A stretch of 12,008 bases of DNA. Origin: a virus. Lineage: Duplodnaviria; Heunggongvirae; Uroviricota; Caudoviricetes. The position numbers and the translations under genes are program-made. Under the pieces are notes generated by a model. The model was not told where the DNA came from. It searched no databases and worked only from the letters and a program-made list of their open reading frames with translations. Positions 6,183 to 11,709 of the stretch are shown piece after piece; the stretch's first letter is position 1, and each line of letters opens with the position of its first letter. The stretch spans positions 1 through 12,008 of the IMG/VR virus record IMGVR_UViG_3300035701_000015; one strand, 5' to 3'.

Positions 6183-6416
6183 ATGTCTGACGTTGAAAAA
6201 GAATTTGATGAAAGAGAATTAGAAGATGAATTTGGTGTTGAAGGAGACGACGAAGATGAAGAGCTTGAAAGCGAAGAAACCAAAGAAGACGAAGAAGAGT
6301 ATATCGACGAAGACCTCGATAAAGACGAAGAGTCCGAAGAAGTCAAAAAAGACAAATTCGGCTTCGACAAATATGACGTCGAAGATGAAGAAGATCCCCT
6401 CGACGGCTCCGAGTGA
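6183..6416 (+). CDS. Extremely acidic small protein (77 aa)
   Basis: SD GGAGG at about 6170-6174. 43 of 77 residues are Asp or Glu. Confidence 0.8.
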   Translation: MSDVEKEFDERELEDEFGVEGDDEDEELESEETKEDEEEYIDEDLDKDEESEEVKKDKFGFDKYDVEDEEDPLDGSE

Positions 6417-6429
6417 AAATTATTAAAAT

Positions 6430-7401
6430 ATGGGACTAACATATAAAGACACTGGAGTCGACATCGATAAGGGTGATCAGTTTGTAGAGATCATCAAGAA
6501 GAGGCTTCCTCCGAAAGATCAAGCTAACATTGGTCTATTCGGAGGACTCTTCGATATATCTTCTCTCGGTTATAAAAATCCCGTTCTTGTTTCAAGCACT
6601 GATGGCGTTGGCACAAAGTTGCTCGTCGCACGAGAAGCAAATAAGTTCGACGCTATTGGAATTGACCTCGTTGCTATGTGTGTAAATGATGTGATACCAC
6701 TTGGAGCGAAGCCACTCTTTTTCCTTGATTACCTCGCAACCGCTTATCTCGACCTTGAAACAGCTACAACAATTATTGATGGTATTTTAGAAGGATGTCG
6801 CCAAGCAGGGTGCTCTCTCCTCGGTGGTGAAACTGCTGAGATGCCGGGTGTATATAGAGAAGGTGATTATGAGCTCGCAGGTTTCACAGTTGGAATTGTA
6901 GAACGAGACAAGATCATTTACGGAAAGACGATCATCGAGGGAGATGCTCTTGTTGGAATACGCTCGAGCGGAATTCATAGCAACGGGCTCAGTCTTGCAA
7001 GAGCAGCGCTAGTAAATTTTAAATTTGAAGAGTCTTTATTACAAGAGCTCCTCGTTCCTACTCGCATTTACGTAAAGCTTGTTCTCGATCTCCTTACGAA
7101 AACAGAAATAAAAGGAATTGCCCACATAACAGGTGGCGGAATTTACGGAAATACAAAAAGACTTTTACCTAAAAATCTTGATCTTAACATTCACTGGGAC
7201 ATCTTACAACCGCAACCGATTTTCAAAATCTTGCAAGAAGCGGGCAATATTGAAGACGAAGAGATGAGGAAAACTTTCAATCTCGGCGTCGGGATGGTAT
7301 TCATTGTAAATCTTGAAAAAGAAAAAGAGTTCTGTTCTCTCCTCACCGAGATGGGAGAAGAGCCAATTTCAATTGGTGAAGTTGTGAAACAGCATATATA
7401 A
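6430..7401 (+). CDS. purM: Phosphoribosylformylglycinamidine cyclo-ligase (AIR synthetase)
   Basis: Motifs YKDTGVDID, STDGVGTK, GIDLVAMCVND, PLFFLDY, GGETAEMPG, GIHSNGLSL, AHITGGG and TFNLGVG. Confidence 0.97.
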   Translation: MGLTYKDTGVDIDKGDQFVEIIKKRLPPKDQANIGLFGGLFDISSLGYKNPVLVSSTDGVGTKLLVAREANKFDAIGIDLVAMCVNDVIPLGAKPLFFLDYLATAYLDLETATTIIDGILEGCRQAGCSLLGGETAEMPGVYREGDYELAGFTVGIVERDKIIYGKTIIEGDALVGIRSSGIHSNGLSLARAALVNFKFEESLLQELLVPTRIYVKLVLDLLTKTEIKGIAHITGGGIYGNTKRLLPKNLDLNIHWDILQPQPIFKILQEAGNIEDEEMRKTFNLGVGMVFIVNLEKEKEFCSLLTEMGEEPISIGEVVKQHI

Positions 7402-7404
7402 GAA

Positions 7405-7525
7405 TAAGGCATAACTCTAACGACTACGGGTCAGGCTGGCGAGGTCGATCCCAGCTAAGGGTTAAGTCGAAAGACTGAGCGTATCTAGCTTTAGCAAGCT
7501 GAACCCTGACTCGATTTATGCCTTA
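7405..7525 (+). ncRNA. Unassigned structured RNA (four-way junction on a long basal stem)
   Basis: 10-bp stem 7405-7414/7516-7525 and 9-bp stem 7427-7435/7505-7513, enclosing three hairpins including AGTC-GAAA-GACT. Confidence 0.6.
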
Positions 7526-7601
7526 AGATAAAAATGGATTTCCCGGAATAATAATTTCTCAGAGTGATTTCATAAATTTTCTAAGATGCTCTTCTTTTGG
7601 T

Positions 7602-7612
7602 TTCGCATAAAT
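7602..7612 (+). promoter_or_regulatory. TTCGCATAAAT motif copy 2
   Basis: Intergenic, 27 nt before the DHH start codon. Confidence 0.3.
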
Positions 7613-7639
7613 AAGCATATACTTTTCTAGGGAGATAAT

Positions 7640-8578
7640 ATGATGGTACACATTTTTTATCACAATAAAGATTTAGATGGACATTGTTCTGGAGCTATTG
7701 CAAAATACTACCATTTACAAAGTGGCACTTCGGTAGTTATGCACCCATATGATTATGGTGAGCCTTTCCCATTCGACAAAGTTCAAGATGGCTTAGACGT
7801 ATGGATGGTTGATATAACTTCTAGTCCATATGAAGTTCTGCTAGAAGTTCGCAAAAGATACAACCTTTTCGTCATCGACCATCACAAATCTTTCATCGAA
7901 AGCGAAGTCTGTAAAAAGATACCTGGTGTATTTGTAAACGGAACTGCAGCTTGTGAGCTAACTTGGAATCATTGTTTTCCAGACACAATGATGCCAAACA
8001 TAGTTCATAGACTCGCTCAGTATGATATCTGGGACAATAAGGACAAAAACATTTGGGACAAAGAGATAATGCCTCATCAAATGGGCATAAAGATGTATAA
8101 TACTGATCCGAGCGATGTTGTCGGATATGGCTTTTGGAAAAATTACTTCGACGACTTTTTCCGAAAACCTGAAGACGATCTAACTCCGAAGTTTGTTGCA
8201 ATAGAAGACGCAATAAGGAAAACTGGAACTACTATCATTAAATATCAAGGTCAAGAAGACGACAACACTGTTGGTTTTTATTCGTTCCCGGCTGAGTTTG
8301 AAGACATGAGAGCTATTTGTCTTAATAGCGCAAGATTCAATTCACAAGTATTCAAATCAGTTTGGGATAATGAAAAGTATGACATTATGCTTGCTTGGGT
8401 CAGCGTGAAAGGCGACTATTATAAAGTTTCACTTTATACCGACAAAGAAGGAATTGACGTAAGTAATATAGCAAAGAGATTTGGTGGCGGCGGTCACAAA
8501 CAAGCTGCTGGATTCATATGCCACAAGTTTTCAATAAGCAAATCCAGAGGAATTAAATTCATAACTGTAGAACCGTAG
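7640..8578 (+). CDS. DHH/DHHA1 family phosphoesterase (NrnA/NrnB-like)
   Basis: Motifs HNKDLDG, VDIT, IDHH, YDIW and GGGGHKQAAGF. SD GGGAG. Confidence 0.92.
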   Translation: MMVHIFYHNKDLDGHCSGAIAKYYHLQSGTSVVMHPYDYGEPFPFDKVQDGLDVWMVDITSSPYEVLLEVRKRYNLFVIDHHKSFIESEVCKKIPGVFVNGTAACELTWNHCFPDTMMPNIVHRLAQYDIWDNKDKNIWDKEIMPHQMGIKMYNTDPSDVVGYGFWKNYFDDFFRKPEDDLTPKFVAIEDAIRKTGTTIIKYQGQEDDNTVGFYSFPAEFEDMRAICLNSARFNSQVFKSVWDNEKYDIMLAWVSVKGDYYKVSLYTDKEGIDVSNIAKRFGGGGHKQAAGFICHKFSISKSRGIKFITVEP

Positions 8579-8588
8579 AGGTTAATAT

Positions 8589-9467
8589 ATGATTCCAGTT
8601 TTAAACGTGAAGGGAAAGACTTTACCTGAAGCTTATGAAAACTCTTTGATAGAACTTTATCGAAGCGGCGAAAGAATTAAAACTCAATACGACAATCCTG
8701 ACGATCTGCCTTCTGTAGATGCAACTGTAAACATAACAATTGAAGAACCTGAAGCAGACCCTATGATTTATAAAATCTTTCCTGGTGGAATCGAAGATCT
8801 TCGTGAATATGTGATGGAGCTTCAAGGCGCAAAAGATCACTGGGTCAAGAATATGAACGATCCAGAAGATAAACGTTGGGAATATACTTATCATCAAAGA
8901 TTAGTTGCTTGGGGGACCTGGAAAGAGAGCAACAAAATAGTGTCAATAACTAGACCGGTGAATCAATTTCAGGCAATGATTAAAAAACTTATTGATGCAC
9001 CTTATACACGCAGAGCTCAGGCTGTTACTTGGATGCCGTCTTTAGATAACATCGTCTACGATCCGCCCTGTTTGCAGTCAATCTGGTGTAGATTAACAGA
9101 CGAACTAGATGGTACATTAGCTCTGAACGCAAATATTAGGTTCCGAAGCAACGACGCCTGGGGCGCTGCATTTATGAACATGTTTGGTTTGACCATGCTC
9201 ATCAGATTAGAGATAGCTAACCCAGTTGAAGAAAGTTTAGGTAAACCGGTGAAGCTGGGTAGGATTAACTGGCAAGCTGATAGTTATCATGTTTACGGCA
9301 AAGATATCAAAGCTCTTGTGCAAAGAGTCATTAATAATTTCAAACCTCTTACTGAGAAAGTATATTATTTTTACAGTCCTGAAGTTCAAGAGATCTGGAA
9401 AGAAGCTTCATCTAAGATTAAGGATAAAATTAGAAAATACGACGAAGAGCATTCACTGGGGGAATAA
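8589..9467 (+). CDS. Thymidylate synthase (ThyA) superfamily enzyme, divergent/archaeal-like type
   Basis: Motifs YTYHQRL, RRAQAVTW, PPCLQ (catalytic Cys), FRSNDAWGAAFMN and DSYHVY. SD GAGGT. Confidence 0.88.
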   Translation: MIPVLNVKGKTLPEAYENSLIELYRSGERIKTQYDNPDDLPSVDATVNITIEEPEADPMIYKIFPGGIEDLREYVMELQGAKDHWVKNMNDPEDKRWEYTYHQRLVAWGTWKESNKIVSITRPVNQFQAMIKKLIDAPYTRRAQAVTWMPSLDNIVYDPPCLQSIWCRLTDELDGTLALNANIRFRSNDAWGAAFMNMFGLTMLIRLEIANPVEESLGKPVKLGRINWQADSYHVYGKDIKALVQRVINNFKPLTEKVYYFYSPEVQEIWKEASSKIKDKIRKYDEEHSLGE

Positions 9468-9468
9468 A

Positions 9469-9693
9469 GTGATTTGGATCGGCTTAATACTTTGGTATAT
9501 TATAGGCTTTTACTTTATGTTAAAAACGGGTATTCATACATTTGGTGGAGTTACTATTTTTGTACTATTGTCTTCTATGTTGATGGGAATTGGGGGACTG
9601 TTTATAATGGTTACATATTTAGATACTATTGGTAAAATAAACTTAAAACTCCCACCTTGGTGTGATACATATATTTGGAAAAAGAAAGGATAG
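9469..9693 (+). CDS. Small two-helix membrane protein (74 aa)
   Basis: GTG 9469 with GGGGGA upstream. The 9289 start of the ORF track overlaps the ThyA-like gene. Two hydrophobic stretches. Confidence 0.7.
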   Translation: MIWIGLILWYIIGFYFMLKTGIHTFGGVTIFVLLSSMLMGIGGLFIMVTYLDTIGKINLKLPPWCDTYIWKKKG

Positions 9694-9697
9694 AGAC

Positions 9698-9967
9698 ATG
9701 ATTGATTATTCTATTTTGCCAGAACATATGCAAGAAGGAATGAAGCTTTATATTGAGAAGGGAATTAAACCTGGACATTTTCTACGAGCAGTTCTAGAAA
9801 ATAATCTTGTTGAATCGTTTGCACGTGCAGATGACATTAATATTAAGAATATGTTCAATTGGGCTGATTTCATGTACAATCAATGCCCAGAAGAAGCTCG
9901 AGGAAGTAAAGAGAAAGTAGAACAGTGGATTCAGAGTTTTGAAAGAGACATAAGTGACAATAGATGA
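9698..9967 (+). CDS. Hypothetical protein resembling a conserved phage family (89 aa)
   Basis: SD AAAGGA and ATG 9698. LPEHM...Y...GIKPGHFLRAVLENNL...ARAD...GSKEKV..W resembles a phage family of unknown function (recognised from memory, not searched). Confidence 0.78.
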   Translation: MIDYSILPEHMQEGMKLYIEKGIKPGHFLRAVLENNLVESFARADDINIKNMFNWADFMYNQCPEEARGSKEKVEQWIQSFERDISDNR

Positions 9968-10148
9968 AGCAAAGAAATTCATCGGTAGGGAAGCTAGCTT
10001 TTCTAAAATTACTGGTAAAATAGTTAATGTACGCAAATTACCGTTTAGCGATATAATTGTAGCTTTTCTCGATGATGAAAGCGTTGTAAATATAGAAATT
10101 CTAAAGATCAAAGAAGAACCGAAAACTATAATTGAGGAAACAAAGTAG
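9954..10148 (+). CDS. Hypothetical protein (64 aa)
   Basis: GTG start coupled to the upstream ORF; fills the gap before the next SD. Confidence 0.65.
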   Translation: MTIDEAKKFIGREASFSKITGKIVNVRKLPFSDIIVAFLDDESVVNIEILKIKEEPKTIIEETK

Positions 10149-10159
10149 GAGGCAGTAAA

Positions 10160-10525
10160 ATGAATAAACTATTGATAGCAGTAATAGCTATAATTGTAGT
10201 TCTTGTATCATCAATTGCTTTTGCAACAAATTCGAAAGGAGAAGTAGAAGTATCGTTCTATGATTTTGGTCCTTACGAAGAAATGCTAACGATAGATGCA
10301 CAGTTCGGTATAGCAATTGGTCAAGATGGAAAGTTTCAGTTTTATCCATATATGAGATACTTTGCACCGGTAACTATAGTTCCTGGTAAAGATTTTGTTC
10401 TATCAGATCTTAGCTTAGGTACTTCATTTATATTGGGTAAATATTCAAGTTTTAGTGTTGAAGCTACAATGGACCAAAACACTAAATATAAAGGTACAAA
10501 ATCAAGTTTTAAGCTTGAATGGTGA
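10160..10525 (+). CDS. Secreted beta-strand-rich protein (121 aa)
   Basis: SD AGGAGG. Signal peptide MNKLLIAVIAIIVVLVSSIAFA. Alternating-residue strands and a C-terminal Trp (SSFKLEW). Confidence 0.8.
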   Translation: MNKLLIAVIAIIVVLVSSIAFATNSKGEVEVSFYDFGPYEEMLTIDAQFGIAIGQDGKFQFYPYMRYFAPVTIVPGKDFVLSDLSLGTSFILGKYSSFSVEATMDQNTKYKGTKSSFKLEW

Positions 10526-10543
10526 TGAAGAGAGGGCAGAGAA

Positions 10544-10861
10544 ATGAAGATCTTGATGATAATTTTAGCATTTTTTATACTTAGCACAACTATGTTATTT
10601 GCCGAAGGGAAAGACAACTTGGGAGAAATCGGATTTGACATCAACTATTTAGACCCTGACCAATCTTTATTCACTTTTGAGATGTCGCCACAGGTGAAGA
10701 TCGGTAGAAACAGTTTTATAGAGTTTTTAATAAGAGTTGATGTTAGCGCTCAATATATACCAGCTGAACTACGCTATTGTCCCAGGTTAGATAAAGAAGC
10801 ATATGATCCGTCTTATTTTGTGTATAATCCAAATAGTTATTTGGGACTAAACTTTACCTAA
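10544..10861 (+). CDS. Secreted beta-strand-rich protein (105 aa)
   Basis: Signal peptide MKILMIILAFFILSTTMLFA. Aromatic-rich alternating strands, ending YLGLNFT. Confidence 0.75.
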   Translation: MKILMIILAFFILSTTMLFAEGKDNLGEIGFDINYLDPDQSLFTFEMSPQVKIGRNSFIEFLIRVDVSAQYIPAELRYCPRLDKEAYDPSYFVYNPNSYLGLNFT

Positions 10862-10952
10862 ATATTGTAGATATCAAAACTAGCATCAATACTCTGGCGA
10901 CTTCATTACTGAGTTAGAGTAAATCTTAAATGAAACTAGGAGAAAATATTAA

Positions 10953-11060
10953 ACGGCTTATTTACACTGTCATTCCTGTGGGTGGAGTCAAGATGATTTT
11001 TGGACTCGTAAATACAATCCTATAACAAAAATTTTAGAACGACGTAAAGTGGTTGATTAA
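10953..11060 (+). pseudogene. Possible decayed or ACG-initiated CxxC ORF (xAYLHCHSCGWSQDDFW...)
   Basis: AGGAG at 10938-10942, then ACG at SD-compatible spacing. Protein-like reading frame of only 35 codons. Confidence 0.4.
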
Positions 11061-11093
11061 GCCAAAAGAAAATTTTGATATAGATTAAGAGTT

Positions 11094-11104
11094 TTCGCAT
11101 AGAT
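11094..11104 (+). promoter_or_regulatory. TTCGCATAGAT motif copy 3 (one mismatch)
   Basis: Intergenic, 33 nt before the ATG at 11138. Confidence 0.28.
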
Positions 11105-11137
11105 AATTCAAGATAAAGCAAAAGGAGTTTAAATTCA

Positions 11138-11218
11138 ATGTTGAAACAGTTAGCAATCTGGCACATATCGCTACCTCTCCCAAGATATAATATCGAAGGT
11201 GGAGTAGCAAGTGGATAG
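11138..11218 (+). CDS. Candidate leader peptide MLKQLAIWHISLPLPRYNIEGGVASG (26 aa)
   Basis: AGGAG at 11123-11127. The stop codon abuts an antiterminator arm. Contains one ATA codon (11165-11167). Confidence 0.45.
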   Translation: MLKQLAIWHISLPLPRYNIEGGVASG

Positions 11219-11249
11219 GGCAGAGAGCTATCTGTAGATTTGAGTTTAA

Positions 11250-11286
11250 AGCTCTCTGCTAAAAGATTTAGTAGAGAGCTTTTTTT
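11250..11286 (+). terminator. Intrinsic terminator with a competing upstream pairing
   Basis: 14-bp stem 11250-11263/11267-11280 plus T6. The 5' arm can instead pair with GGCAGAGAGCT (11219-11229). Confidence 0.85.
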
Positions 11287-11314
11287 GTTGATAGTTTCGA
11301 TGCATTATTATAAT
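11285..11314 (+). promoter_or_regulatory. Sigma70-type promoter for the tRNA-Ile/tRNA-Asn/RNase P RNA unit
   Basis: TATAAT at 11309-11314, with TTGTTG (18-nt spacer) or TTGATA (15-nt spacer) as the -35. Confidence 0.5.
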
Positions 11315-11344
11315 TATATTCAGACGGTCTCGGTCTTTGAAATA

Positions 11345-11417
11345 CCTCGGGTAGCTTAAAGGTTAAAGCAGGCTCCTTATAAGGGCAAGAGTGGTGGTTC
11401 AATTCCATCTCCGAGGA
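11345..11417 (+). tRNA. tRNA-Ile(TAT)
   Basis: CCTCGGG/TCCGAGG acceptor, A73. D-stem GCTT/AAGC. Anticodon loop CTTATAA (TAT at 11378-11380) on a stem with a G27-A43 mismatch. T-loop TTCAATT. Confidence 0.85.
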
Positions 11418-11426
11418 CATCCCACC

Positions 11427-11471
11427 GCCCTTGGCTATTTAAACTCCGCCAGTCAGTCTACAGCTGAGGGC
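11427..11471 (+). other. Inter-tRNA hairpin
   Basis: GCCCTTGGCT/AGCTGAGGGC 10-bp stem (2 G-U pairs) with a 25-nt loop. Confidence 0.45.
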
Positions 11472-11477
11472 ACTCTT

Positions 11478-11549
11478 TCCCCTGTAGCTCAACGGTAGAG
11501 CGTCTGCCTGTTAAGCAGTTGGTTGCAGGTTCGATTCCTGCTGGGGGAG
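11478..11549 (+). tRNA. tRNA-Asn(GTT)
   Basis: TCCCCTG/TGGGGGA acceptor, G73. Anticodon loop CTGTTAA. T-loop TTCGATT. Confidence 0.95.
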
Positions 11550-11604
11550 CAGATCTAATGCTAGCCTAAATTATGAAGAGTTAGCTTAGATAATTAAATT
11601 GATG

Positions 11605-11687
11605 GAGTGTTTGGCTGAAAGTCCTAGACTATATTATGAATCTAAATTTGCTGGCGTTAGCTAGCTCGGGAAGTAGGCGAAACACTC
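11605..11687 (+). ncRNA. Unassigned structured element upstream of the RNase P RNA
   Basis: 8-bp closing stem GAGTGTTT/AAACACTC, inner CCTA/TAGG pairing and a GCTGGC-GTTA-GCTAGC hairpin. Confidence 0.4.
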
Positions 11688-11709
11688 ATTTTAAGAAGAA
11701 ACAGAAAAT

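Noticed and set aside
6226-6426. Lys/Thr/Ser-rich alternative frame
   Set aside because: A by-product of GAA/GAC repeats in the acidic ORF, which has the SD.
7405-7525. Assignment as ZTP riboswitch, SRP RNA or YrlA
   Set aside because: Only fragments match (CTGGCGA, GGGTCAGG, a T-loop-like 7-mer). The ZTP pseudoknot, the SRP GGAA/AGCAG loop and a GG-containing D-loop are absent.
9289-9468. N-terminal extension of ORF 9289-9693
   Set aside because: It overlaps the ThyA-like gene; GTG 9469 has an SD and starts the hydrophobic domain.
898-10644. All minus-strand ORFs in the track (e.g. 898-1281, 2326-2613, 4405-4677, 5388-5678, 6167-6442, 7893-8213, 9794-10111)
   Set aside because: They lie antisense to well-supported + strand genes or tRNAs, lack SD signals and motifs, and look like shadow frames (6167-6442 is the poly-Ser mirror of the acidic ORF).
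11195-11286. T-box riboswitch (AAGGTGGAGTAGC before a terminator, upstream of a tRNA)
   Set aside because: It lacks the ACC/GCG part of the T-box consensus, a matching antiterminator bulge helix and a recognisable Stem I.
10862-11340. tmRNA in the long ORF-poor interval
   Set aside because: No tRNA-Ala-like ends (GGGGC/G...TCCACCA, T-arm) and no tag-like reading frame.
11418-11477. HDV-like theta ribozyme or twister ribozyme 3' of tRNA-Ile
   Set aside because: There is no G at the tRNA 3' junction and no nested P1/P2/P3/P1.1 pairing. The twister-like words (AACTCCGCC, GAGGG) lack the P2 partner strand.
11604-11687. Hammerhead ribozyme or TPP riboswitch
   Set aside because: CTGAAAG does not match CUGANGA and there is no room for stem I. 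The TPP-like words lack CUGAGA, the P4/P5 CCUGAU...GCGUAGG core and a P1.
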